64,000 nt of DNA from an uncultured Gemmatimonadales bacterium (GTDB lineage: Bacteria; Gemmatimonadota; Gemmatimonadetes; Gemmatimonadales; GWC2-71-9), in NCBI GenBank assembly GCA_963695555.1, contig CAVOGR010000001.1, positions 128,001 through 192,000 on the forward strand, given 5' to 3'. The position numbers and the translations under genes are program-made. How positions within the stretch are numbered: the stretch's first letter is position 1; each line of letters begins with the position of its first letter. Positions 30,493 through 40,718 of this stretch are shown one piece after another. The notes below the pieces were generated by a model. That model saw only the letters and a program-made list of their open reading frames with translations, was not told the origin of the DNA and ran no database searches.

Positions 30493-31041
30493 ATGGCCGG
30501 CGATTTCACCACGCTGTTCGATCGGCTCGCCCAGAGCCGGGACCGGGTCCTCACCCTGGTTGAGGCGACCGACGAGCCACACCGCGCCACGCAGCCGGGT
30601 GAGGGGCAGTGGTCGATGCTCGAGGTGATAGAACATCTCGTGCTTGCAGAGGAGGGAACGCTCCGGGTGTTCGGCCAAGGGCCTGCGCCGCAGCCGCGTG
30701 TCAGGTTCCGCTCACGCCTCGCTCTTCGTGCCATCGAGCTGTTACTCGGGCTCGGCGCACGTGTCCGTGTCCCGTCCAAATCGCTGGCTCCGGCGGGTGC
30801 CGACTCGCTCGAGACATTGCGATCGCGATGGAGGGAAGCCCGCGAGGGCATTGTCGCGGTTGTGGATGGACTCGATGCGGGAGCACTCCGCCAGCCTCGA
30901 TTCCGTCATCCTGTTGCGGGATGGCTTACGGTCGGTCAGGGGCTCGATTTTCTGGAACGGCACATTCGCCACCACGAGCGGCAGCTTCATCGGATCCGCC
31001 GGGCCTTGCAGCCTCCCCAGGCCATTGAAGGCCCCACCTAG
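30493..31041 (+). CDS. DinB family protein
   Basis: WS..EVIEHL, RHPVAG and HIRHHERQ motifs. Confidence 0.88.
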   Translation: MAGDFTTLFDRLAQSRDRVLTLVEATDEPHRATQPGEGQWSMLEVIEHLVLAEEGTLRVFGQGPAPQPRVRFRSRLALRAIELLLGLGARVRVPSKSLAPAGADSLETLRSRWREAREGIVAVVDGLDAGALRQPRFRHPVAGWLTVGQGLDFLERHIRHHERQLHRIRRALQPPQAIEGPT

Positions 31042-31139
31042 CCCGGCGCTCTTCACGCGGGACACCCGGGTGGGTCTTGGTGACGGTGTTGTGATGCGTG
31101 AATGGCAGCAGTCGGACTGCTGGGGTCGCCGATTCTTGC

Positions 31140-33143
31140 CTACCTCAACAAGTCGACCGCCCGCTGCAGCATGCTACGCATGTCAATCGAGTAGTTGTGC
31201 GCCGGTTCACCCCACCGACGATAGAGGGTTTCCTTCGAGAGCTCCAGGACCGGGCTGCGGCAGTCCGTTCGTGGTGGAGAATACCGATCTCGGTGCCATC
31301 GATCGGGATCTTTCACGAACACTGCACCGATGCCGTTGTCCGTGATTTTCATGAATCCAGGAGGGTCCGGGTCGTGAAGCGGCTGGACCACGTAGTTGAT
31401 GTCGGCCGTATCGCGTTGCGCGGCGTATCGGATGTGCAGCCAGGGTGAGCCGACGAGTTCTGCCGCTGGATCTTCAACTTGGTGCCACGGTCGGAACAGA
31501 GAGTCGAGCAGAGTCCTCTGGTCGAAGGCGTCGCGGTACTCTGCATACCCGCCGTCGTACACGCCGATCTTGTAGTCTGTCGCGTGCCCGAGAGACCGCA
31601 TGGTTCGATCGATCATGTAACACCGAGGCTGAACCAGGGCAAGCGAAACAGCAGCGGCGACGACTGTGGCTCCAACGATAATGGGCCTCGATGGACTCCG
31701 TGCTACGACGCGCCAGAACACCGCCAGAGGCAACACCATGACGGGGGTGAAGTGGTGCAGGGCCACGAAGGCAACCACATAGAAGAATGCCAAATATCCG
31801 ACCGTTATCACGGTCAGCGATCGACTGAGGGAATCGTGGGCACGTGTAAAGAACAGGGCGAATGGCGGAATGATACCAGCTGGTATCAGTAGAAAGAGCA
31901 AACGGTCATAGTCGTCGATCCGGAGAAACCGAAGGCGACTCAGGGTGTTGCCCATGTTCGAAGGGCTGAGCAGTTCGTTGTACAGGACGGCAAGCACGAT
32001 GCAGCCTGTGAAAGCAATCGCCACCGTCCGGAGGCGATTGCCCTTATGTCGCGAGGTAGAAACGGCGATGCCGGCGCCCAGCAAGACGAGGAAGAGGAGG
32101 CCGGTGGGCCTGGTAAAGTAGGCAAGCGCGGCAAACCCGACACACCACCCCGGTCTTCCTGCCCACAAGAAATAGGCAGTCGCCAGCATACTTGATATGG
32201 CGAGTAGATCGATATTGGTGGGGGACGCGATATCCACGGCATAGGCGTAGTACGCGTCGTTGAACACCATCGCTGCAATGACAACCGACAGGCCGAGGGC
32301 AACCGCGAAGTCCTCCGAGGCACGTAAGGAGCGGGAGGATTTCCACTCGATCAGCCCGTACAGCCCGGCGAGGATCAGGGGTCCGTAAAGGAGCAGTGGC
32401 AGTCGCGCGGCAGCCTCGATAGGGCCGAAGAGCGAAATGAACCAATGGACAGGGTACGTCGCCGCGATCATACCCACGCCCACGCCCGGAGGCGCTCCGG
32501 TCGGTAGTCTCGGAAGGAGAAAGAGGTCGAGCGAGCGACCCATGGTGAGGAGCTCGAGCCCATCCGGGTTCAAGTCTTGCCAAAAGATGAATGGGTAGAG
32601 CAGGTAGAGCGTGAGGAGAGATGCGCCCCCTAGCCAAGCCAACCGGCGGTAGTCTTTCCCGATGGAAAATGGAAGCATGACCGTACCACCGACAACGCGG
32701 ACGGCCAGGATCGCCCATGCCACGAGGTTCGTGCCGATAATCGCGTCTCGGAAGGGTGAATCACTGATCCCGCCGTACGCGAGCTTCACCATTGAAGACG
32801 CGAGGATATGGAGAGCGACACTCACGAGGAATGACATGAGCACGGCTTCGACTGTGTTGCGAGGCTTCCCGAATGCCAGGACGAGTGAGAATCCCGGGGC
32901 CATGAAGAGGACGATGGCTGCGAAGACTACTAGTGGAGCAATTCCATAAAGGAAAACGACATGCTCTGTCACGGGATACCAGTGGTCTGGCAGCGGTCCG
33001 GGAAACAGATTGTTCACACGCCCAATGGTGGCCGACAAGAACACGATGATGCCGGCGCAGATCAAGAGAATAGCGAGATAGGCGTACAAGAACCGGTGGG
33101 AGACGCTTCGCGCGTGTCGGGGACCGTCTGGCCCAATTTCCAT
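31140..33143 (-). CDS. Polytopic membrane protein with soluble C-terminal domain (possible GT-C fold)
   Basis: Many TM segments, QDLNPDGLE loop, GGAGGG RBS, lower GC. Confidence 0.65.
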   Translation of the reverse strand: MEIGPDGPRHARSVSHRFLYAYLAILLICAGIIVFLSATIGRVNNLFPGPLPDHWYPVTEHVVFLYGIAPLVVFAAIVLFMAPGFSLVLAFGKPRNTVEAVLMSFLVSVALHILASSMVKLAYGGISDSPFRDAIIGTNLVAWAILAVRVVGGTVMLPFSIGKDYRRLAWLGGASLLTLYLLYPFIFWQDLNPDGLELLTMGRSLDLFLLPRLPTGAPPGVGVGMIAATYPVHWFISLFGPIEAAARLPLLLYGPLILAGLYGLIEWKSSRSLRASEDFAVALGLSVVIAAMVFNDAYYAYAVDIASPTNIDLLAISSMLATAYFLWAGRPGWCVGFAALAYFTRPTGLLFLVLLGAGIAVSTSRHKGNRLRTVAIAFTGCIVLAVLYNELLSPSNMGNTLSRLRFLRIDDYDRLLFLLIPAGIIPPFALFFTRAHDSLSRSLTVITVGYLAFFYVVAFVALHHFTPVMVLPLAVFWRVVARSPSRPIIVGATVVAAAVSLALVQPRCYMIDRTMRSLGHATDYKIGVYDGGYAEYRDAFDQRTLLDSLFRPWHQVEDPAAELVGSPWLHIRYAAQRDTADINYVVQPLHDPDPPGFMKITDNGIGAVFVKDPDRWHRDRYSPPRTDCRSPVLELSKETLYRRWGEPAHNYSIDMRSMLQRAVDLLR

Positions 33144-33440
33144 TAGCTTCCCTCCGGCCGATGGCTACCCTGAGGAGTGTCGATGAGCGTTGATCGACCC
33201 GGAAAATGCCTGCGGAAGGGGAAGGGGCGATGGCCCGGCCCCCTCCGGAGCCAGTGGCAGGAAGGGAACTTAGTGGCGTTTCCTGCTTGCGTCAGCATCG
33301 AGCAGGTCGGTTCCATTTAGAGTTTCGGGATTTCCGGGCCCTTATCACGCTTTGGCCTGAAGCATAGCCGGGCCGCGGCCGCGAGAATATGTTTCAGGCC
33401 TAGGGTGGTCTTGGCCCTCATTTGTCAGGAGGCGAGTCCG

Positions 33441-34883
33441 GTGCGTAAGCGATTCATGAGTACACTCGTGCTCGGCACGCTGGTAGTGACCGGCTGTGCC
33501 GTCAACCCGGTGACTGGCAAGTCCGAACTCTCGCTCGTGTCCGAGTCGCAAGAAGTCCAGATGGGACTCGAGGGCGCCCAACAGGTATCCCAGTCGATGG
33601 GCCTCCTGGCCGATAGCGGGTTTCAGACCTATGTGAATGGTCTCGGTCAGCAACTCGCCGCGCGTTCGGAGCGTCCCCAACTCCCATGGGGATTCCGGAT
33701 CGTCGACGACCCCGTAGTCAACGCGTTCGCGTTGCCCGGCGGGCAAATCTTCGTGACGCGCGGCATCCTCACGCACTTCAATTCGGAAGCAGAACTGGTG
33801 TCGGTGCTCGGCCACGAGATCGGTCACGTGACGGCCAAGCACTCGGTCCGGCAGATGAGCCGGACGCAACTGGCCCAGCTTGGCCTCGGAATCGGCATGA
33901 TCCTCAAGCCGAGCCTGGAGGATGTGGGACAAGTCGCGAGCGCCGGTCTCGGCGTGCTGTTTCTCAAATTCGGGCGTGACGACGAGAACCAGGCCGATGA
34001 GTTGGGATTCAAGTATGCGTTGAGCAACGGCTATGATGTCCGGGACATGCTCTCGGTCTTTCAGACGCTCGACCGCATGAGCGGCACATCCGGGCGCGGG
34101 ATGCCCGAATGGCTGTCGACCCACCCCAATCCCGGGAACCGTTATCAGAGCACACAGCAACGCATAGCCGCGCTCAACCGAAACCTCGACGGGCTCACGA
34201 GCAACCGGGACAGCTACTTGCGGCGGCTCGAGGGCATGACTTTCGGAGAGAATCCACGCCTGGGATACTTCACGGGCAGCGTGTTCTACCATCCAGACCT
34301 CGAGTTTCGGCTCGAGTTTCCCGATGGATGGAAGACGCAGAATGGCACCCAGGCCGTCGTGGCTGGCAGCCCGCAAAACGATGCCATCATCGCCCTGACG
34401 CTGGCAGGGACGGGTACGCCGGGCGAAGCGGCCCGCGAATTCTTCGCGCAAGACGGCGTCCAGGCGCAGAGCACCAGCACGAGTTCCATCAATGGACTCC
34501 CGGCGGTCACCAGCATCTTCACCGCGCAGACACAGGATGGCACGTTTCAGGGACGGGTCGCCTTCATCGCCCACGGCGGCACCACCTACCGCATCCTGGC
34601 CTACAGCCCCGCGTCGGTCTACGGGAGCTACGGCAGCATCTTCCGTCGATCGGTCGACAGCTTCCAGCGCCTCACCGACCGGGCGGCTCTTGCGGTCCAG
34701 CCCGCGCGCGTCACGATTGTACGGGTGCCGAGCCGTATGAGCCTGGAAGACTTCAATCGACGATACCCATCGACCATCCCGATGGCCCAACTCGCCCTGA
34801 TCAACGGAGTGGATGAGACGACGATGCTCGCGGCGGGCCAATTGGTGAAACGGGTGGTCGGGGGAGAACTGCCCGGGTCCTAG
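33441..34883 (+). CDS. M48 family metalloprotease lipoprotein (BepA-like)
   Basis: VTGC lipobox, NAFALPGG, HEIGH, E..AD and STHP motifs. AGGAGG RBS. Confidence 0.93.
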   Translation: MRKRFMSTLVLGTLVVTGCAVNPVTGKSELSLVSESQEVQMGLEGAQQVSQSMGLLADSGFQTYVNGLGQQLAARSERPQLPWGFRIVDDPVVNAFALPGGQIFVTRGILTHFNSEAELVSVLGHEIGHVTAKHSVRQMSRTQLAQLGLGIGMILKPSLEDVGQVASAGLGVLFLKFGRDDENQADELGFKYALSNGYDVRDMLSVFQTLDRMSGTSGRGMPEWLSTHPNPGNRYQSTQQRIAALNRNLDGLTSNRDSYLRRLEGMTFGENPRLGYFTGSVFYHPDLEFRLEFPDGWKTQNGTQAVVAGSPQNDAIIALTLAGTGTPGEAAREFFAQDGVQAQSTSTSSINGLPAVTSIFTAQTQDGTFQGRVAFIAHGGTTYRILAYSPASVYGSYGSIFRRSVDSFQRLTDRAALAVQPARVTIVRVPSRMSLEDFNRRYPSTIPMAQLALINGVDETTMLAAGQLVKRVVGGELPGS

Positions 34884-35593
34884 CGGCTCGAGGCGCCCCG
34901 GGCTCGGTCGACCATGTCGCGGGCGGCCGCAAACACGTTGTGCCACATCGCCCTGGTGAGGCGCCCTGTATTGGTGTTCTGCCGGCTGGGGTGATACGAG
35001 GCGATCAGGAGGGTCTCGTCCGGCAGGACGGTGTGAACGTTGTGGCCAAACGGCGGCCGATTGCCCGGCCCAAGTGCGGCCCACCACCCCGCGGCCCGCA
35101 GCCACGCCTCCCACCCGATTCGTCCCAGGACTACCACCACCGCGACATTCCCGAGCAACCGCACGTCGTCCTCGAGGTACGAGCGACATTGGGCGAGTTC
35201 CTCGCGGGTGGGTTTGTTTCCCGGCGGCGCGCACCGCGCCGCCGCCGAGATGTAACAGTCCTCCAGGGCCAGCCCATCCGCACGATCGGCGGCGAGCGGC
35301 TGATTGGCAAACCCGAACCGGTACAGCGCTTCGTACAGCCAGTTGCCGCTCGAATCCCCGGTGAACATGCGGCCGGTGCGGTTGGCCCCGTGGGCGGCAG
35401 GCGCCAGGCCGACGATCAAGAGCCGCGCATCGGGGTCGCCAAATCCTGGAACCGGTTTCCCCCAATAGTCCAGATGGCGGAATGCCCGCTTCTTGACCTC
35501 GGCTACCTGGCGGCAGTGCGCCCGCAAGCGGGGGCACCGCGTACAGGCTGGAATGGCACGATTGAGACTTGCGAGCGAGCGAAACGCGGTCAC
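34880..35593 (-). CDS. Uracil-DNA glycosylase family 5 (UdgB-like, Fe-S)
   Basis: CTRCPRL, GLAPAAHGANRTGRMFTGD and YHPS motifs. Confidence 0.93.
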   Translation of the reverse strand: MTAFRSLASLNRAIPACTRCPRLRAHCRQVAEVKKRAFRHLDYWGKPVPGFGDPDARLLIVGLAPAAHGANRTGRMFTGDSSGNWLYEALYRFGFANQPLAADRADGLALEDCYISAAARCAPPGNKPTREELAQCRSYLEDDVRLLGNVAVVVVLGRIGWEAWLRAAGWWAALGPGNRPPFGHNVHTVLPDETLLIASYHPSRQNTNTGRLTRAMWHNVFAAARDMVDRARGASSR

Positions 35594-35616
35594 CGGAACG
35601 TGGGGTTGGATGGAGA

Positions 35617-36906
35617 TCAGCCGACGCGTCGGGTCTTCCGCTTCATGAAGTCCATGAGGATGAACTGGCCCAAGGTCATGGTATTGGTGAAGTAGGCTTT
35701 GCCCCGACAGATCTGAGCTACTTTTTTCACGAAATCGACCAGGCTCTTGTTACGCGCCAGCATGAAGGTGTTGATCATGATACCGGCTCGTCGGCAGTTC
35801 GCCACTTCGCGAAAGGTGGCCTTGAGAATGACCGGGTCCAGCCCCATGGAATTCACGTAGACCCGTCCGTCAGGCATGGTGAGGGCCGATGGCTTGCCGT
35901 CGGTGATCATGATGATCTGCCTCATGTCTTTCTTTTGCGCGGCCAGGATGCGGCGGGCCAGGGTGAGCCCCTCCGCCGTGTTGGTATGGTACGGTCCGAC
36001 CTGGGCGCTCGCGAGGGCGCTGAGGGGGATCTCCTCGGCGGTATCGTGAAAGAGCACGACGCGCAGTGTATCGCCTGGGAATTGGGTGCGGATCAGGTGG
36101 GTCAGGGCAAGGGCGACCTTCTTTGCTGGGGTGAACCGATCCTCACCGTACAAGATCATGGAGTGCGAGCAATCCAGCATCAGCACCGTCGCGGCCGAGG
36201 AGCGATACTCGGATTGATGCACCATGAGATCGTCGTACTCGAGATTGAGCGGCACCCCGAGCCCTTCACGCGCGATGGCGCTCGTGAGCGTGCCCGGTAC
36301 ATCGAGGTTCATCACGTCCCCGAACTCGTACGGCTTGCTCACCCCTTCCGCCTCGACTCCGGTCGCGAGGAACGGCGTATCGTGGGCCCCGAAGCTCGCC
36401 TTGCCGATGCTCCCCAGGAGACCCTTGAGCGTTTTGTAGCCCAGGAAATCGATGCTCTTGTCGGTCAGGGAGAACTGAACCTGTTGTGCCGCGGCGGCGG
36501 CGCGCCCGTGGGGGCCGAACACCGCGCGGTGTCCCTCGGGCATCTTCGGCGGCTCGGTGAGATTGAGGTATCCCTCGTCGATCAGGCGCTGAACGATCGC
36601 GTCGAGAAGCTCTGCCAAGGCCTGTTCGATGGCCTGATCGCGCTCAGGGTCCCCGGTCGATTCGCCGCGGAGGTATTGCAGCATCTCTGGGGAGAGTTGC
36701 TTGGAATCCATGAGCGCCTGGAGGATGGCACGTTTGAGCGCATCCAAGGTTTGTTGATCGTCGAAGCCGGCCTCATCCGGCCACCCGGTGCTGCCACCCG
36801 TGAACCCGGATTGAAGCAGAAAATCACCCAGTTGGTCCAACAACCCCTGGAGATTTACGGCGTCGGCGAGGTCCGGGATGTACTTCGAGTACTTGGTGAA
36901 GCGCAT
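35617..36906 (-). CDS. VWA domain protein
   Basis: MIDAS DCSHS, TN and ITDG motifs. Confidence 0.9.
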   Translation of the reverse strand: MRFTKYSKYIPDLADAVNLQGLLDQLGDFLLQSGFTGGSTGWPDEAGFDDQQTLDALKRAILQALMDSKQLSPEMLQYLRGESTGDPERDQAIEQALAELLDAIVQRLIDEGYLNLTEPPKMPEGHRAVFGPHGRAAAAAQQVQFSLTDKSIDFLGYKTLKGLLGSIGKASFGAHDTPFLATGVEAEGVSKPYEFGDVMNLDVPGTLTSAIAREGLGVPLNLEYDDLMVHQSEYRSSAATVLMLDCSHSMILYGEDRFTPAKKVALALTHLIRTQFPGDTLRVVLFHDTAEEIPLSALASAQVGPYHTNTAEGLTLARRILAAQKKDMRQIIMITDGKPSALTMPDGRVYVNSMGLDPVILKATFREVANCRRAGIMINTFMLARNKSLVDFVKKVAQICRGKAYFTNTMTLGQFILMDFMKRKTRRVG

Positions 36907-36962
36907 TGTCTATGGCATCCCGCGCCATCCGGCGCTCGGTCCTTCGGCTGGAACGCTCCTCA

Positions 36963-38423
36963 TCATGCGAAATCCAATCCGTGGCTGAACGGCGGGCTTG
37001 GCCGCTCCGGCTTGGCGCGGCCGTATCCCAGTTCATCGCTCCGGCTGATCCGCTTCTCGGCGGCCAATCCTTCGAGGACCAATTCACATCCCGCAACGGC
37101 GGTGGGTGGGTCTGAGGGCGGGGCGAGCTGCAACCGGTGGACCAGGTCGAGCAACCCCGGCACGACCTTGAATCCTTCGAGACACGTGGCGGAACGCTCG
37201 TCCCCGGAGATCTTGAGCGCGCCGCCGTCGTCGAACCACGCTACGATCGGCCCCACGTCCGCGTCGCCAAGGCGCCCGGAGAAAACCCGTCCCGCCGCCC
37301 GGCGAATCAGGTCCCGGGCGATGCTCTCACTGCCCTGGAGTTCGCCCTCGTACTCGAGCTCGAGTTTGCCGGTAATCGATGGCAACGCCGCATAGATGTC
37401 GTTGATGCGTGGGATGACTTCCGGCTCGTTGACCAGCACAGCCCGTCGTTCAGCGTTGCTGACCGCGCTCTCCAACACGGAGATCGGGAGGCGTTGGCTC
37501 ACCCCGGAGTGCTTGTCGACTCGCTTGTCACTCCGCGCCTCGAACGCGATCGCTTCAACCACTTCGTGGATGAAGCCGGGAATGCGAATCGTCTTGGCCG
37601 CCCGATCCACCCAGGCTTCTTGTTGGGTGATCGCCATGCCGAGCTCGATCGTCGCTGGATAGTGGGTGACGATCTCGGCGCCGATCCGATCCTTGAGGGG
37701 CGTCACGATCTTGCCGCGCGCCGTGTAGTCTTCCGGATTCGCCGTAAATGCCAGTTTCAGGTCGAGCGGCAGGCGCACGGGGTAGCCTTTGATCTGGACA
37801 TCACCCTCCTGCATGATGTTGAAGAGGCCAACCTGTATCTTTCCAGACAGGTCCGGGAGTTCGTTGATGGTGAAGATGCCGCGATTAGCTCGCGGGAGGA
37901 GTCCGTAGTGCATCGTAAGCTCATCGGAGAGCAGGTGCCCGCCACGGGCAGCTTTGATGGGGTCGACATCTCCGATGATGTCGGCAATGGTCACGTCCGG
38001 TGTCGCGAGCTTCTCGACGTAGCGATGCTCCCGCGTCAACCAGGCTATGGGTGTCGCCTCACCGCATTCCTGTACGAGTTCGTGCCCATACTTGGAAATT
38101 GGGGTGAACGGATCGTCATTGACCTCACTCCCGGCAAGAATCGGAATCTCGTCGTCCAGGAAATTCACCAACTGACGCAGCAGCCGGCTCTTGGCCTGGC
38201 CACGCAGTCCCAGGAGAATGAAGGCATGCTGGGCCAGGAGCGCGTTGATGATCTGCGGAACGATGGTGTCGTCATAGCCAACAATGCCGGGAAAGAGCGG
38301 CTCATTCCGCTCGAGCTTCCGCAACGCGTTGTCGCGCATCTCCTGGCTGACGGTCCGGCCGCGGAGCGGCGGCTCTGACCATGGGCTCTGACGTAATTCG
38401 CCCAGGGTCTTGGGTTTCGACAT
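36963..38423 (-). CDS. Magnesium-chelatase-like AAA+ ATPase
   Basis: GLRGQAKS Walker A, INELPDL and ANPEDYT.RG.I.TPLKDR. Confidence 0.9.
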   Translation of the reverse strand: MSKPKTLGELRQSPWSEPPLRGRTVSQEMRDNALRKLERNEPLFPGIVGYDDTIVPQIINALLAQHAFILLGLRGQAKSRLLRQLVNFLDDEIPILAGSEVNDDPFTPISKYGHELVQECGEATPIAWLTREHRYVEKLATPDVTIADIIGDVDPIKAARGGHLLSDELTMHYGLLPRANRGIFTINELPDLSGKIQVGLFNIMQEGDVQIKGYPVRLPLDLKLAFTANPEDYTARGKIVTPLKDRIGAEIVTHYPATIELGMAITQQEAWVDRAAKTIRIPGFIHEVVEAIAFEARSDKRVDKHSGVSQRLPISVLESAVSNAERRAVLVNEPEVIPRINDIYAALPSITGKLELEYEGELQGSESIARDLIRRAAGRVFSGRLGDADVGPIVAWFDDGGALKISGDERSATCLEGFKVVPGLLDLVHRLQLAPPSDPPTAVAGCELVLEGLAAEKRISRSDELGYGRAKPERPSPPFSHGLDFA

Positions 38424-38542
38424 GAGTATTCAGCTTTCGTCGAGCGAAGGTGATGGATCTATGCCCGGAGGGCGTCCCTCCGAAGCTAAGCAACGTCGGC
38501 GCGGCCGCGTCAAGCCTCGTCGGTTCTCATAGGAGACCCGCC

Positions 38543-38749
38543 ATGAGCCTGCGACCCACACTCCTGATGGGCGGTCTTATGCTGGTGGTGTCCTGTGGGG
38601 GCGAGAAGGTCGAGACCCGACCGGCGGACGGGACCGCAGTGGATCGTCCAAGCGCGGCACCGAACGCGGCCGCCGACACCCTCCCGGCGGACAGCATCAT
38701 GCCACGTGACACGGCGACGATCGACCCTCCCGAGCGACTCCCGGACTAG
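38543..38749 (+). CDS. Small lipoprotein
   Basis: AGGAG RBS, VVSC lipobox, disordered tail. Confidence 0.65.
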   Translation: MSLRPTLLMGGLMLVVSCGGEKVETRPADGTAVDRPSAAPNAAADTLPADSIMPRDTATIDPPERLPD

Positions 38750-39738
38750 GTCGTCGAGTCGCTCCCCGCAAGCGGTCGGACGGCCTCGGCGACCAGAGTG
38801 CCGTGGTGGATGTCAGGTCGCCAACCGAGCCTGTCCCGCGCCGCCGCTGACCGATAGGGATTTCCACCGCGCCAAAAGCGGACGGCGCCGGCAAGCGTAC
38901 TCGGGGCGCGATCGCTCCCGGCTACCCGCCGGATCGCATCGCCCGCTCGAGCCGCCATGAGCGCCGCCCATTCCGGGACGGAAACCGTTCGGATCGGCCG
39001 GCCCAAGCCGTGAGCCACTGCATCGATGAATTCGGCTTGACCGATCTCCGCATCGTTGGCGACGTTGAACGCGCGGCCCCAGGCAGCCTCGGACGCTAGC
39101 GCACACCGGACGGCCTCGGCGACACTCGCTGCGTGAACCAACGCCAGTGGCCTCTGCCCCGGCCCCACGCGGGGAAGCCAGCCGCGGCGAGCAGCAGCCA
39201 CGACGCGCGGCAGAAATAAGCGATCGCCAGGGCCATAGACGAGGCAGGGGCGCAATACGCAGGCTGCCCCTCCCAATATCTCCCGCCACAACACTTCTTC
39301 GGCCAGTCGCTTGGACCGGGCGTAATACTCGCGGTCTGAAAGCGGGCCCCATGCAAAGTCTTCGTCGACACTACCATCATCGCTATTGCCCGATCGGCCG
39401 TACACGGCAACGGAAGAGATGTGCACGATCGGAATGGCCAATTCGGCCGCCCGACGAGCGGCGAGCGCGGTGCCACGGACGTTGATGGCCTCGAATGTTT
39501 CCCATGGGGCATGATCGGCGATGATCGCGGCGGCATGGACGATGGCGTTGCAATCCTGAACCTCGGTCCAGAGTCCGTGGTCCTCGACCCGGCCTCGCAC
39601 CGGCTTGGCTCCAAGAGACCGGAGAAGGTCAGCGGCGCGATCACTTCGTGCCAGCGCCATGCAGGCAACGCCGGTCGAGGACAAGGTTTGGAGGATGTGC
39701 CGGCCAATCAATCCGGTACCACCGGTGACGAAGATCAT
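38746..39738 (-). CDS. NAD-dependent epimerase/dehydratase
   Basis: TGGTGLIG, SSVAVYG and YARSK motifs. Confidence 0.92.
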   Translation of the reverse strand: MIFVTGGTGLIGRHILQTLSSTGVACMALARSDRAADLLRSLGAKPVRGRVEDHGLWTEVQDCNAIVHAAAIIADHAPWETFEAINVRGTALAARRAAELAIPIVHISSVAVYGRSGNSDDGSVDEDFAWGPLSDREYYARSKRLAEEVLWREILGGAACVLRPCLVYGPGDRLFLPRVVAAARRGWLPRVGPGQRPLALVHAASVAEAVRCALASEAAWGRAFNVANDAEIGQAEFIDAVAHGLGRPIRTVSVPEWAALMAARAGDAIRRVAGSDRAPSTLAGAVRFWRGGNPYRSAAARDRLGWRPDIHHGTLVAEAVRPLAGSDSTT

Positions 39739-40718
39739 CCCTCGATATCGGTGACCGAAAAGGGAAGCGGTACCACCGCCGCTTCACGATCTTCGATGGT
39801 GACGGTGCTTCCGGCGACCACCGTGCTGTGGAGCATGGCGAGGGCGAGTGTCCGGTCGGGGAGGCGAAGGGTGGAATGGACGAGGCCAACATCTTTGCCG
39901 TCATGCGTGATCGTCTGCGTCGAGAGCGGATCGCTGCCGTGCCATTGGAGGCCGCGGATTTCCTTATTGATGTGCCCGCGGAAATGGACCCGAGCGACGG
40001 TTTCCTGGCCGGTGTAACACCCCTTGGTGTGGGAAACACCCTTGAGGTCATCGAAGCGTACCTCCTGGGGTAGGGTGCGCTCTCCGATCTCATTTCCCAG
40101 CGCAGGCCACCCGGCGAGAATCCGAGCGGCGTGGGAGTCATCCAACGTTCCCAGTTGCGCACCGACGGTCACGGTATGTTTCCGCGCTGCTTCGACGGTA
40201 GCGATCTCACCAACGAGCAGCGCTTCGAACGGAGCCTGCACGGTTCCCCTGGCCATGAGCAGCGATCCGGCTGCACTCTCCCAGGTCGCCGCGGCCCCGG
40301 GGTACGCAGGGATCGTTCCCAGCGCTGCCCGCTCCAGCACCTGCTCGACCGCCGTGCCGAACAACCAGGCGACACTCCACCGGGTCCTGAGGTCCGTCAC
40401 TTGAGCGAGCCTTGGAGGAAACGTCCGTTGGAAGAGCGCGAGCATGCCATCGGCGCTGCGCGTGGGCAAGATCAGGATCGCCTCACTATTGGAGCGCATC
40501 ACCCAGCAATCGGTGATGATCATGCCTTTCGGCGTGAGAAAAGCCCCGTAGATGAGGTGATCGCCGCCGTTGCCGACCACGTCGTTGGTGAACACGCCCT
40601 GCAAGCATTCGAGGGCTCCTGGTCCGCTCACTCGCAGCGCCGCCGACTCGTTCAGAATGATCGTCCCTCCACGTCGGAGAGCGTCCAATCGGTTCCGATC
40701 GAGGATCACGTCAATCAT
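39735..40718 (-). CDS. ygfZ: YgfZ/GcvT-like folate-binding protein
   Basis: KGCYTGQE signature. Confidence 0.9.
   Translation of the reverse strand: MIDVILDRNRLDALRRGGTIILNESAALRVSGPGALECLQGVFTNDVVGNGGDHLIYGAFLTPKGMIITDCWVMRSNSEAILILPTRSADGMLALFQRTFPPRLAQVTDLRTRWSVAWLFGTAVEQVLERAALGTIPAYPGAAATWESAAGSLLMARGTVQAPFEALLVGEIATVEAARKHTVTVGAQLGTLDDSHAARILAGWPALGNEIGERTLPQEVRFDDLKGVSHTKGCYTGQETVARVHFRGHINKEIRGLQWHGSDPLSTQTITHDGKDVGLVHSTLRLPDRTLALAMLHSTVVAGSTVTIEDREAAVVPLPFSVTDIEG

Noticed and set aside
33144..33404. GCCACTG-containing stretch resembling a cobalamin riboswitch
   Set aside because: The other conserved B12-element motifs are missing and the downstream gene is not B12-related.
33345..35537. 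730-aa minus-strand ORF
   Set aside because: Shadow of the M48 gene plus an off-frame overlap of udg; no domain.
35569..38378. Long plus-strand ORFs (608 and 413 aa)
   Set aside because: Antisense to the well-supported VWA and AAA genes.
22051..38749. Several convergent gene pairs with 4-bp stop overlaps (22051, 27788, 34880, 38746)
   Set aside because: A common packing feature, not a system.
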